From: Candidatus Heimdallarchaeota archaeon
Lineage (GTDB): Archaea > Asgardarchaeota > Heimdallarchaeia > Hodarchaeales > Hodarchaeaceae
Direction of reading: 5' to 3'
Assembly (NCBI GenBank): GCA_011364965.1
Contig: RDOB01000002.1
Span: 320,001 to 384,000, forward strand
DNA: 64,000 bases
The notes beneath the pieces were generated by a model. The model had not been told where the DNA came from, made no database searches, and saw nothing but the letters and a program-made list of their open reading frames with translations. The position numbers and the translations under genes were made by a program. Positions 30,347 through 39,373 of the stretch are shown piece by piece. Numbering within the stretch: position 1 is the first letter of the stretch; each line of letters starts with the position of its first letter.

Positions 30347-30943
30347 TTACTCTTCTTCTTCTTCTAGAGTATCAAGTTTTAGGTGTTGAAGATTCTGAGT
30401 TAATGATCCAATCTCCTTATCAAATTGTTGGAAACGTCCTTGATATAAGTTGTTTAATGCAAGATCAAGATGAGATGTTTTACTTTCTGGTTCATATCCA
30501 ACTATTGTCAATAATTTAAAATTTTGTTGTTGCGTGTCTTTTAAAAATTTTGGTAAAGAATTTAAATCTTTGTTAACTGCTTCAAGAACCTTTAAAGCAC
30601 TCTTTTCACCTGTTGTGAGATTTTGTGTGAATGATTCGACTTGAGGTAGTAGAACTGTCCTCAATTGATATCTTACTTCATCCTTTGAGATATTCTTATC
30701 AGATGCAAGATTTTCAGCCCATTCCAATATTGTTTCAAAGTTGCGAATGCTGTTCTTTTCAAGTTTGATCCAATTAAGTAATGTCTCCAGAGCGTCCTCG
30801 ACAGTTACGAGTTGTTTATATAGCTCATCTCTATTTTCAAGTGCATAATCCCGTAGATCCTCTAAAATTTTAAATAATTCGATTGAGCTATGTTGATATT
30901 CTGTTTTATTGGGTTTTTCCTCGGTATCTGGTGTCATTTCCAT
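30347..30943 (-). CDS. Hypothetical all-helical protein
   Basis: 198-aa ORF with a GGAG SD and amphipathic helices. Confidence 0.75.
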   Translation of the reverse strand: MEMTPDTEEKPNKTEYQHSSIELFKILEDLRDYALENRDELYKQLVTVEDALETLLNWIKLEKNSIRNFETILEWAENLASDKNISKDEVRYQLRTVLLPQVESFTQNLTTGEKSALKVLEAVNKDLNSLPKFLKDTQQQNFKLLTIVGYEPESKTSHLDLALNNLYQGRFQQFDKEIGSLTQNLQHLKLDTLEEEEE

Positions 30944-31102
30944 TAATACTCCCGATTAATTTGATTTTTAAGGACATTGGAGTCCAGTCAGAATGTTAGT
31001 AAGCTTCTATACCATTGGCAGTTTTAAACCTAATTATACTAGAATTATTCAGAAAATTTCGTGAAATCCATTTTATTTTAGTAGTGTGCGATTTTTGTCA
31101 AA

Positions 31103-33493
31103 TCACTTTTTAAAGAAATGAGTAGCTAGCAATGGGACTTGTCCAATTGCTATTCCACCATCACCAGGTGGGACGTGTTTGTGATAGATTAGATAATCCT
31201 TGGCGGAGTGTCTTGATACGAGTCGATGGTAGAACTCCGTAAATATAGTTCTATTAAATGTTACTCCACCTGATAATCCAATCTTATTTATTTTATGCTC
31301 ATTAGCTAATTCAAAGGCAAGGTCAGCAAACTTATGTGCTATAGCCACCTCTGCGGCTAGTGCTACTTTGTATGGATGAATATTTTCCGATAAAAGGGAT
31401 AATAATTCCTCAATAAAAACTGATGTATGTATAACGTTCAGCCCAGATTTATTCTCTGAAGAAGAAAGTTTTAGTCGAAATAAATCCCTATATTTAACAG
31501 CTTGCTCAGCAAATGACTCTAGCTTGATCGCTGGTTCTCCTTCATAGGTTCTTACTTGACTTGCACCAACTAAAATAGAAATTGTATCTAATAATCTACC
31601 GCAACTTGATGTGATATTGAATCCAATCTTCGATTTTTTATAAATTATTTTTTCTAATTGCTGGCAGATAAGTGAGTAATTTGGGGTTTTTGGTATCCAA
31701 GATAAGGAAGGGATTTTCTCTAAATTGATAGTTAATTCGTCTATCGAACGTTGTGACAAGAGTATTGAAATTAACATTCGATAGGGTTCTGATACCGCTT
31801 TATCTCCTCCTAAAAGAATCTGTTGCTCCAAATGTGCTAATCTGTCAAAGTTAGAATAATTACCTAGAAGAATTTCTCCTCCCCAAATTGTATTATCAGG
31901 GCCATATCCAGTGCCATCTAAAGCTACACAGATTACTTTCTCATCAAATTTGACTTCATTTTCGATAGCTAAGGAGCCCAGATGTGAAAAATGGTGCTGG
32001 AATTGGTAAAAAGGGATATCAAGCTCACTAGACATTCTTTTCCCCATATTTGTTGTAGTAAAATCAGGATGCAAATCAGCACCGATTGCACCGATAGTTT
32101 TTACTCCCAATAACTGTTTGATATGATTTAGTGAGTTTGAGAAAAATTCCTCATTTTCTAGTGATGTCATATGTCCAATATGTTGAGTAGCAAAGCATTT
32201 TGATCCAATTCCGATAGCTCCAACATTGTACATTTCTGCTCCTAGAGCAACAATTGGTCTATCGACTTTCCAAGGTAAACTTATTGGTTCAGGGACATAT
32301 CCTCTGCTTCTTCTGATGAATAATGATCTACTGCAGTCAGGTGTTTTATGGACCTTTAGAATACTATCATCAGCCCTTTGGAATATTTCTCTATCATGTA
32401 GAAGGAGATAATCTACTACATCCGAAAGCTGATTTTGAATATTATAATTTTCAATCAACATAGGAACGTTACTTAGATTTGCTGATGTCATAATTAATGC
32501 AGGATCATGCATCTTTTCGGTAATCATGTGATGAATTCCACTATACGGGAGTAGAACACCGATATTATGCAACCCAGGCGAGATTAAAGGGGAAAGGGGA
32601 AATTTTTCTTTTTTATTTAATAGGACAATAGGACGGGGAAGGGATGTAAGGAGCTCTTTCTCTGATTCATTCATTATTGCATACTTATCAATTTCTCTCA
32701 GATTATGTGACATCACTGCAAAGGGTTTATTACCACGTCCCCCTTTCCACTTTCTTAATCTATCAATTGGAGTATCATTTAGAGTACCACAAGCGATGTG
32801 AGTTCCTCCAATTCCCTTAATGGCTAGAATTTTTCCTTCATTCAATAATTTTGAGATTAGAGTCCAATTTTTATGAAAATCAGATTTTGAAATAATTATT
32901 TGTCCTTTTTTATCAATTAGAAAGTATTTTGGACCACAATTCCAGCAGCAGGTGGTTTGCGCGTGAAATCGTCTGTCCTTAGGGTTTGTGTAATCCTCTA
33001 AGCATTCTTTACAAAAAGGAAATTTATTCATTACCGTTCTAGGTCGGTCATAAGGAAGGGAAGTTATGACTGTATATCGTGGCCCGCAATCAACGCATGA
33101 TGTGAACGGATAATTCTTTCTTCTTTCATTCAATTGCATATCATTCAAGCATTTATCACAAATTGGTAGATCTGGTGGAATATATGATCCTTCAACACCA
33201 CGTACTAAGGTACTTTTCTCTATTACAAATTGGTCATACTGGTCGAGGAGATTCATAAAATCCTCATATTGAACATTAAAAATATCATATTTTGCGAGTA
33301 CTGGTCTGTTCGCTTTTAAATCATTAATAAACGCCAATACCTCTTTTTTCTTTCCTTTTACTTGAATTTCAACTCCAGCGTCTCCTCTATTTAGAACAAA
33401 ACCTTTCAGATTATAATTAACTGCTAAATTGTAAACAAAAGGCCGAAAACCAATTCCTTGTACGACACCATTTATAAGGATACGACATTTCAC
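31103..33493 (-). CDS. hypF: Carbamoyltransferase HypF
   Basis: GVVQGIGFRPFV, zinc fingers, RRFHAQ, RRSRGYVP, QHHFSH, PPGDGGIAIGQ. Confidence 0.97.
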   Translation of the reverse strand: MKCRILINGVVQGIGFRPFVYNLAVNYNLKGFVLNRGDAGVEIQVKGKKKEVLAFINDLKANRPVLAKYDIFNVQYEDFMNLLDQYDQFVIEKSTLVRGVEGSYIPPDLPICDKCLNDMQLNERRKNYPFTSCVDCGPRYTVITSLPYDRPRTVMNKFPFCKECLEDYTNPKDRRFHAQTTCCWNCGPKYFLIDKKGQIIISKSDFHKNWTLISKLLNEGKILAIKGIGGTHIACGTLNDTPIDRLRKWKGGRGNKPFAVMSHNLREIDKYAIMNESEKELLTSLPRPIVLLNKKEKFPLSPLISPGLHNIGVLLPYSGIHHMITEKMHDPALIMTSANLSNVPMLIENYNIQNQLSDVVDYLLLHDREIFQRADDSILKVHKTPDCSRSLFIRRSRGYVPEPISLPWKVDRPIVALGAEMYNVGAIGIGSKCFATQHIGHMTSLENEEFFSNSLNHIKQLLGVKTIGAIGADLHPDFTTTNMGKRMSSELDIPFYQFQHHFSHLGSLAIENEVKFDEKVICVALDGTGYGPDNTIWGGEILLGNYSNFDRLAHLEQQILLGGDKAVSEPYRMLISILLSQRSIDELTINLEKIPSLSWIPKTPNYSLICQQLEKIIYKKSKIGFNITSSCGRLLDTISILVGASQVRTYEGEPAIKLESFAEQAVKYRDLFRLKLSSSENKSGLNVIHTSVFIEELLSLLSENIHPYKVALAAEVAIAHKFADLAFELANEHKINKIGLSGGVTFNRTIFTEFYHRLVSRHSAKDYLIYHKHVPPGDGGIAIGQVPLLATHFFKK

Positions 33494-33624
33494 GAATTAA
33501 TGACTCCAAATAAGGAACTATCTCCAATTCCAGAAGAAATCATGACGCTTTGAAATTCTTTTTTTATTATATGAAAATTTCTTTACATGATATTAATCTT
33601 AAAGAAAGAGCATTTGAGTTGTAA

Positions 33625-34122
33625 ATGAGAAGAATGAACGCAAAAAAAGAATTAAAGGATTTTATATTATTAGGGAGAAGCGGAAGGTTTTCCATATTAT
33701 GTATTGGAAACGATTTAAGGGGGGATGATGGTTTAGGACCAGAAATCTATAATAGATTAAAAAATCACATCACTGATGACATATTATTATTAAATACGGG
33801 TAATCAACCTGAAAATTTCCTCACCGTCCTAGCTCGTAGTCAAATCACGCACGCTCTGCTTATAGATGCTGTTGAGTTCCATGCAGCTCCTGGAACTACG
33901 GGTTTCTTCGATCCTAAAGACTTGCAAGAATACCAAGTAACTTTTAGTACACATTTTCTTGGGATGAAAATGCTTATCAATACTTTTGAAGAAAAAACTC
34001 ATGCAAAGTATAAAATTTTAGGAATCCAGCCATTAAATTTAGAATTTGGCTCATCAATGACCCAAGAGGTTCGTACAGCGATTGATAATTTAGTAAATTT
34101 TCTAAATCCAATGTTGATATGA
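33625..34122 (+). CDS. hycI: Hydrogenase maturation endopeptidase (HycI family)
   Basis: IGNDLRGDDGLG, PEN, IDA, STH, GIQP. Confidence 0.92.
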   Translation: MRRMNAKKELKDFILLGRSGRFSILCIGNDLRGDDGLGPEIYNRLKNHITDDILLLNTGNQPENFLTVLARSQITHALLIDAVEFHAAPGTTGFFDPKDLQEYQVTFSTHFLGMKMLINTFEEKTHAKYKILGIQPLNLEFGSSMTQEVRTAIDNLVNFLNPMLI

Positions 34123-34275
34123 TTTCATTTTTTTTCAAATAAAATTTTGTTAATTATAATGATGATCTAATTATTTACCAGCTTCTATCCCTACTAAAGA
34201 CTTAAAAAATTAGTTTTATCAGCTTGAGGTTAGTTTAGCCTTTAATTAAATTAGATTTGTATTGTATTTGCTTGA

Positions 34276-34312
34276 TGTACAGCAGTTGTACAGTAAATTA
34301 CATACTTTTACA
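34276..34312. promoter_or_regulatory. Candidate operator upstream of the hydrogenase operon: TGTACA-N5-TGTACA plus phased TACA repeats
   Basis: TACA at 34278, 34289, 34299 and 34309 (10-11 bp spacing). Confidence 0.35.
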
Positions 34313-34377
34313 AGGCTCCTTATTACGAAAATCGTAATTCAAATAACATAGAAACATCCGATAGGTGGAAATTAACT

Positions 34378-34728
34378 GTGGAACTTTTGAATGAACTTGT
34401 AAGAGGCCTTTTTGCCGCCCTTGTGGCGCTAGCTGTTTTATATGGGTTAGCTCACTGGTTACAGATAGCTAAATTTCCTAAATCGAAACTAAAGCAAGAG
34501 CTCTACCAAAGTGGAGAGACAGTCGTACCGAGAAAACGAAGATATCTAGAGCGAACATTCATTTGGTTATCTTATTTCTCAATCGTCCACGTGATTAGCT
34601 TTATGTTAATAACTCTATTAGCTTTCACAGTGTTAACGGGCCCAATTGAGATCTTTTATCCTTTACTCTACTTCATTTTTGCTGCTTTTGCGATTCTGAT
34701 ATTAGCTCGAACACCAGCAACAACGTGA
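34378..34728 (+). CDS. NuoA-like three-TM subunit of the membrane-bound hydrogenase
   Basis: Three TM helices; loop 'ELYQSGE' equivalent to the NuoA YECG loop; first gene of the operon. Confidence 0.75.
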   Translation: MELLNELVRGLFAALVALAVLYGLAHWLQIAKFPKSKLKQELYQSGETVVPRKRRYLERTFIWLSYFSIVHVISFMLITLLAFTVLTGPIEIFYPLLYFIFAAFAILILARTPATT

Positions 34729-34737
34729 GGCGAAAAA

Positions 34738-35208
34738 ATGGCGAAATTAATTAATAAAACAAAATTAGTAGTAGATGCATTGACAAATTCTCCTTTTGTG
34801 GGGCATCTAAATTGTGGAAGCTGTAACGGATGTGATATCGAAATTGTTGCAGCATTAACTCCTCGGTTCGATATTGAAAGGTTCGGTGCGGTACTTCAAG
34901 GAACTCCAAGACATTGCGATGTTTTATTATGTACAGGACCAGGCACTCGTCAGATGGAACCACGTATTAGACGATTGTTTGAACAAATGCCTGAACCTAA
35001 GTTCATAGTCGCGGTGGGAAGCTGTGCTAGCACGGGACATATTTATCAAGAAACATATAGTACTTGTGGAAAGCTTGATAATATATTACCTGTTACAGCT
35101 TACATTCCTGGCTGTCCTCCGAGGCCAGAAGCAATAATTGATGGTGTAGTCAAGCTAATCACATTAGCAAGGCAAGGAGCTAAAGCTACGGAAGAAGAAG
35201 AGGATTAA
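34738..35208 (+). CDS. Group 4 [NiFe]-hydrogenase small subunit (NuoB-like)
   Basis: GSCNGCDIE, VGSCA, PGCPPRP. Confidence 0.95.
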   Translation: MAKLINKTKLVVDALTNSPFVGHLNCGSCNGCDIEIVAALTPRFDIERFGAVLQGTPRHCDVLLCTGPGTRQMEPRIRRLFEQMPEPKFIVAVGSCASTGHIYQETYSTCGKLDNILPVTAYIPGCPPRPEAIIDGVVKLITLARQGAKATEEEED

Positions 35209-35218
35209 GGAGTTAAAA

Positions 35219-35731
35219 ATGATGCTAAACGTACCTAAATCATTAGATGAAGTTGCTAAAGCTCTTAATCTAACTAGACGAGACCCAAAAATCTACCCAC
35301 GTGATTATTATGTTAATAGCTCTTCTGACCGAATGTTGGAAATTGCTGCAAAACTAAAAAATGAATTTGGAGTTCATCATGTTTCCACGGTAATTGTAAG
35401 GGACGATGAGGATGGTTTTCATCTTATATATCCCTTCTCGGTGATTCTTGATAATAGCGAGTGGGGAAAGCTCATAGTGGATTTTCTTGTTGATAAAAAG
35501 AATCCTGAAGTTGAATCTCTCACTCCTGAATTTCCTGGACTTGTAATTGCAGAACGAGAAGCATATGACATGATGGGAATTAGGTTTAAAAACCATCCCG
35601 ATCTGCGTCGACTTTTAACCCCAGATATCATGCCTTCTGATATTTATCCTTTACGAAAAGACATTACTGCTGAAGAAATTCGAAGAAGACTAGCTGAAGA
35701 AGCAGAAAAAAGGAGATTAGACTTAGAATGA
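35219..35731 (+). CDS. NuoC-like hydrogenase subunit
   Basis: EREAYDMMGIRFKNHPDLRRLL, YPLRKD. Confidence 0.93.
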   Translation: MMLNVPKSLDEVAKALNLTRRDPKIYPRDYYVNSSSDRMLEIAAKLKNEFGVHHVSTVIVRDDEDGFHLIYPFSVILDNSEWGKLIVDFLVDKKNPEVESLTPEFPGLVIAEREAYDMMGIRFKNHPDLRRLLTPDIMPSDIYPLRKDITAEEIRRRLAEEAEKRRLDLE

Positions 35732-36966
35732 CAGAATACGCTCCTCCTATTCCTGAAACTCCTGAGGGAGATTATAGTATCTCAATTGGACCTCAACATC
35801 CTACCCATAAGGAACCAATAAGATTCATATTTCAGGTTAAAGGAGAAACTATTGAACACGTTGATTTACGAATTGGTTTTAATCATCGTGGTATTGAAAA
35901 AGCATTTGAACAACGAACATGGAACCAAAATCTTTATCTAGCAGCAAGATTATGTGGAATATGCAGTGCTGCCCATCAATTTGCATATGCCCAAGCTGCG
36001 GAACGTTGTGCAAAAATATACGATGAAATTCCAGAAAGGGCGCAATACATACGTGTGATTATCCAGGAACTAGAACGCATTCAATCCCACATGTTGTGGT
36101 ATGGTGTATTGGCTCATGATACTGGTTTTGATACAATGTTTCATCTTACTTGGCGTGATCGGGAAATTGTGAACGATATTCTTGAAATAATTTCAGGAAA
36201 TCGGGTAAATTATGCGATGTGGACAATTGGAGGTGTTAGACGGGATATTTCAAGGGATCAGATAACCAATATTATTCCCAAACTCAAAGATCTTCGTAAA
36301 AAATGCGATTATCACCGAGATGTAATGATGTCAGAAAGAAGTTTCATTGCGAGGCAAGAAAACGTAGCAATATTATCAACAGAGGATGCTAAGCGATTTT
36401 GCGCAGTTGGCCCAACAGCTCGTGCAAGTAATGTAAATTGTGATGTTCGGAAAATCGACCCATATTGCGCTTACAATAAAATTGATTTTGATGTTCCACT
36501 TTGGGATCAAGGAGATATTTTTGGTGGATTATCTCTCAGACTCGATGAGACTTTAATTTCCATTGATATGGCGATTCAAGCATTAGAAAACCTTCCTGGC
36601 AATCCTGGTGATATAAAAATTCGCGTTCCGCGAAAAATTGACCCAAACGAAGGAATTCAAAGAGTTGAGGCCCCTCGTGGTGAAGATATCCATTTTGTAA
36701 GATCTAATGGATCTGAAAAACCCGATAGACATAAAATCCGAGCACCTACATTTGCGAATTTACCAAGTTTAGTTCATCGCCTTAAAGGATGTCAAGTTGC
36801 TGACATTCCACCAGTGATTCGTGTAATCGATCCTTGTATCGGGTGTTGTGAGCGAACTACCTTTGTTGATATAAAAACTGGTAAATCTATAGATCTTTCA
36901 GGTGAACACTTGATTTCACGTACAAATCGCGCTCATCGGCTTGGAACGAGAGTGCTTGAATTTTAA
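35728..36966 (+). CDS. Group 4 [NiFe]-hydrogenase large subunit (NuoD homologue)
   Basis: Ni ligands RLCGIC and DPCIGC, GPQHP, EAPRGE, and a C-terminal extension after ER consistent with HycI cleavage. Confidence 0.95.
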   Translation: MTEYAPPIPETPEGDYSISIGPQHPTHKEPIRFIFQVKGETIEHVDLRIGFNHRGIEKAFEQRTWNQNLYLAARLCGICSAAHQFAYAQAAERCAKIYDEIPERAQYIRVIIQELERIQSHMLWYGVLAHDTGFDTMFHLTWRDREIVNDILEIISGNRVNYAMWTIGGVRRDISRDQITNIIPKLKDLRKKCDYHRDVMMSERSFIARQENVAILSTEDAKRFCAVGPTARASNVNCDVRKIDPYCAYNKIDFDVPLWDQGDIFGGLSLRLDETLISIDMAIQALENLPGNPGDIKIRVPRKIDPNEGIQRVEAPRGEDIHFVRSNGSEKPDRHKIRAPTFANLPSLVHRLKGCQVADIPPVIRVIDPCIGCCERTTFVDIKTGKSIDLSGEHLISRTNRAHRLGTRVLEF

Positions 36967-36978
36967 GGAGGTATTAAA

Positions 36979-38100
36979 ATGTCTTTTATTAAGAATAATA
37001 TATATCCAATCTTCCTTATCGCAACCGGAATATTTATTGCCGCTCTATTTTTAGCATTTCAGGGTTCAGAAGCGATTTTGCCCTGGCTGAAATATTTCTT
37101 GTTTCCTGGTGTCTTGTTTGTCTTACTTATGGGATTATTCTATAACTGGTTTGATAGAAAAATGTTTGCGCGCATGCAAAATCGAATTGGACCCAGATTT
37201 ATTCAACCAGTATATGATATGCTAAAACTTCTAGCTAAAGAAGATATCACACCAGATGGGGTAGATAAACCTGAATTTGATTGGATTCCTGGAATACAGG
37301 TAATCTTAGCGTTCTTAGTAGCTTTTTTCGTTCCAGTATACGCCACGTTCGGATTAATCTCCTTTGAGGGTGATTTGATATTCGTAATGTTCCTTTTAGC
37401 CCTAGTTGGAGGATCTGTATTCCTGATGGGATGGGCTACGAATAATCCCTATGGTCTCCTTGGAGCTTCAAGAGCTGCAGTAGCTGAATTTTCATTTGAA
37501 ATTCCCTTAGGTCTCTCACTGGCAGGACCTGCAATACTAGCTGGTTCAATGAGGATTTCTGAGATAAGTGTAAGCAAATTTTCTCTGCTAAATCTTCCTG
37601 TTAATTTTTTTGCAGGACAAGTTACGATCATTCATTTAGTATATTTAATTCCTCTAATAATCCTCTTTGCTGTTTCAATATTAGCAGCCACTGCTTTATT
37701 AGAGAAAGTTCCATTCGATCCTGCTCACGCCGAAGTTGAGATAGTTGGGGGTTGGACAGTCGAGTTAACGGGGAAAAAGCTTTTCTTTACTCAACTAGCG
37801 AACTTCATAATGGAATTTGCCTTAGCAGGAATTATTGCTGCTGTATTCCTTGGAGGTCCTGGGATTAATGATTTCAATGTGAATATTGGTAACTGGGATG
37901 TCCTTGGGTATTTAGCGAGTATCCTTAGCTTTTTGATAAAAACAACAGTTATTGTATTTCTTATCACCTTGATGAGAACTCTTCATTCAAGGATCCGAAT
38001 TGATCAATTAGTACAATACTTCTGGAAATATTATTTACCGATCTCATTAATTGGTGTGTTCCTCATATTGGTTTTTATGGGAACTATTGGAGTGGTATAA
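36979..38100 (+). CDS. NuoH/HycD-like membrane subunit
   Basis: DRKMFARMQNRIGP, KLLAKE, PFDPAHAEVEIVGG, RIRIDQ. Confidence 0.95.
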   Translation: MSFIKNNIYPIFLIATGIFIAALFLAFQGSEAILPWLKYFLFPGVLFVLLMGLFYNWFDRKMFARMQNRIGPRFIQPVYDMLKLLAKEDITPDGVDKPEFDWIPGIQVILAFLVAFFVPVYATFGLISFEGDLIFVMFLLALVGGSVFLMGWATNNPYGLLGASRAAVAEFSFEIPLGLSLAGPAILAGSMRISEISVSKFSLLNLPVNFFAGQVTIIHLVYLIPLIILFAVSILAATALLEKVPFDPAHAEVEIVGGWTVELTGKKLFFTQLANFIMEFALAGIIAAVFLGGPGINDFNVNIGNWDVLGYLASILSFLIKTTVIVFLITLMRTLHSRIRIDQLVQYFWKYYLPISLIGVFLILVFMGTIGVV

Positions 38101-38101
38101 A

Positions 38102-38536
38102 ATGGCTGGAATCAAAGGTTATGTTGCAGTTATCGGAGAGGCCGTTCGAAATCTTTTTAGACCAAATGTGACAGTGCTTTTTCCATTTGTTGAATCTACA
38201 CCATTACCAGATGGATTTCGCGGTGCTCCTGAAGTAAATCCTGATTTGTGTACGGTATGTTTCACTTGTGAACGTGAATGCCCAACTCATTGTATCACGA
38301 TTACTGGCCCAATTGAAGATCCTAATACTCCTGAGGGAAAAGAGGCCTATACTCACGCAATAAAATTAGCACAATGCATGTTTTGTCAAACCTGTGAGGA
38401 ATTCTGTCCCACGGGCAGAAAAGGTGAGCCAGCTATAAAATTGGGTAAGGAATGGCTCCTAGCAGTTTACAATGTTGAAGACACAGTGAGAACCAAAGTT
38501 GTATATAGAAAAGCGAGGAAAAAGGAGGAATCTTAA
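38102..38536 (+). CDS. NuoI-like 2x[4Fe-4S] subunit
   Basis: CTVCFTCERECP and CMFCQTCEEFCP; ATG at 38102 directly follows the previous stop. Confidence 0.93.
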   Translation: MAGIKGYVAVIGEAVRNLFRPNVTVLFPFVESTPLPDGFRGAPEVNPDLCTVCFTCERECPTHCITITGPIEDPNTPEGKEAYTHAIKLAQCMFCQTCEEFCPTGRKGEPAIKLGKEWLLAVYNVEDTVRTKVVYRKARKKEES

Positions 38537-38788
38537 ATGGCGTCAATAGAAATTCTTTTTCTTGCATTATTTACGATAGCAATGGCTATTGCAGCGCTTG
38601 AAGCAGAAAAAATATCACGAGCGATAATAGCTCTAGCTTTATCATCAGTGGGAATCGGGCTAATTTTTCTGTTATTAGGTGCGAATTACGCAGCTGTATT
38701 TGAATTTTTATTATACGGTGGAGTATTAGTTATACTCTTTATGGCTGTTGCTTCGTTTACAGAAGATAAAGAGGAGGCCAATGTTTAA
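38537..38788 (+). CDS. NuoJ N-terminal-like membrane subunit
   Basis: 'LLGANYAAVFEFLLYGGVLVILF' matches NuoJ TM3. Confidence 0.85.
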   Translation: MASIEILFLALFTIAMAIAALEAEKISRAIIALALSSVGIGLIFLLLGANYAAVFEFLLYGGVLVILFMAVASFTEDKEEANV

Positions 38789-39030
38789 TGTCCAAAAAAC
38801 AAATGTTTGGCACCATTGGTTTAGCCTCGTTTGTGTTTATGTTGCTTCTAATGGTGTTCTCTGGATTACCAGGAGCAACGTGGGCACCAGTATCATCCAC
38901 AGCGGGTACTAGTTTAAGTCTGTTATGGGATATCAATGGCCTTTTTCCCGCAGTACTGATTCAAGGGTTCGTACTTTTTGCTGCACTGCTAGGAGTGAAT
39001 TTACAATTTACACCTGCAAAGAAACATTGA
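38788..39030 (+). CDS. NuoJ C-terminal-like small membrane subunit
   Basis: Two TM helices; position between the NuoJ-N-like and NuoK-like genes. Confidence 0.65.
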   Translation: MSKKQMFGTIGLASFVFMLLLMVFSGLPGATWAPVSSTAGTSLSLLWDINGLFPAVLIQGFVLFAALLGVNLQFTPAKKH

Positions 39031-39045
39031 TGGAGATGATAAAAG

Positions 39046-39372
39046 ATGGTTGCAATAGGTACTTATGGTGATTTTGAAGTGATTCTTGTCTTATCACTAA
39101 TGATGCTGATAATAGGAGTTTATGGGCTTGTTTCAAAGAAATCTGCAATAAAAGTTATCATGGCAATTGAGATTCTGGTTGGGGCTCCAAATCTTGCTTT
39201 TATAGCATTTGGATATGCACAAGGTACAGTTGATCCAATGACTGAAGCTTTTGTAATAATTTCTCTATCAGTTGGTGCAGCGGTTATCGGATTATCATTA
39301 GCTTTCTTAAGAAACCTCTGGAAACACTTCCATACTACAGAAGTGGATGCATACACGACATTGAAAGGTTAA
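39046..39372 (+). CDS. NuoK/MnhC-like membrane subunit
   Basis: 'IGVYGLVSKKSAIKVIMAIEIL' and a C-terminal TLKG. Confidence 0.9.
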   Translation: MVAIGTYGDFEVILVLSLMMLIIGVYGLVSKKSAIKVIMAIEILVGAPNLAFIAFGYAQGTVDPMTEAFVIISLSVGAAVIGLSLAFLRNLWKHFHTTEVDAYTTLKG

Positions 39373-39373
39373 G

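Noticed and set aside
1570-36966. Selenocysteine or pyrrolysine readthrough in redox genes
   Set aside because: Cys motifs in the HdrD-like protein and hydrogenase subunits are complete, with no in-frame stop at ligand positions.
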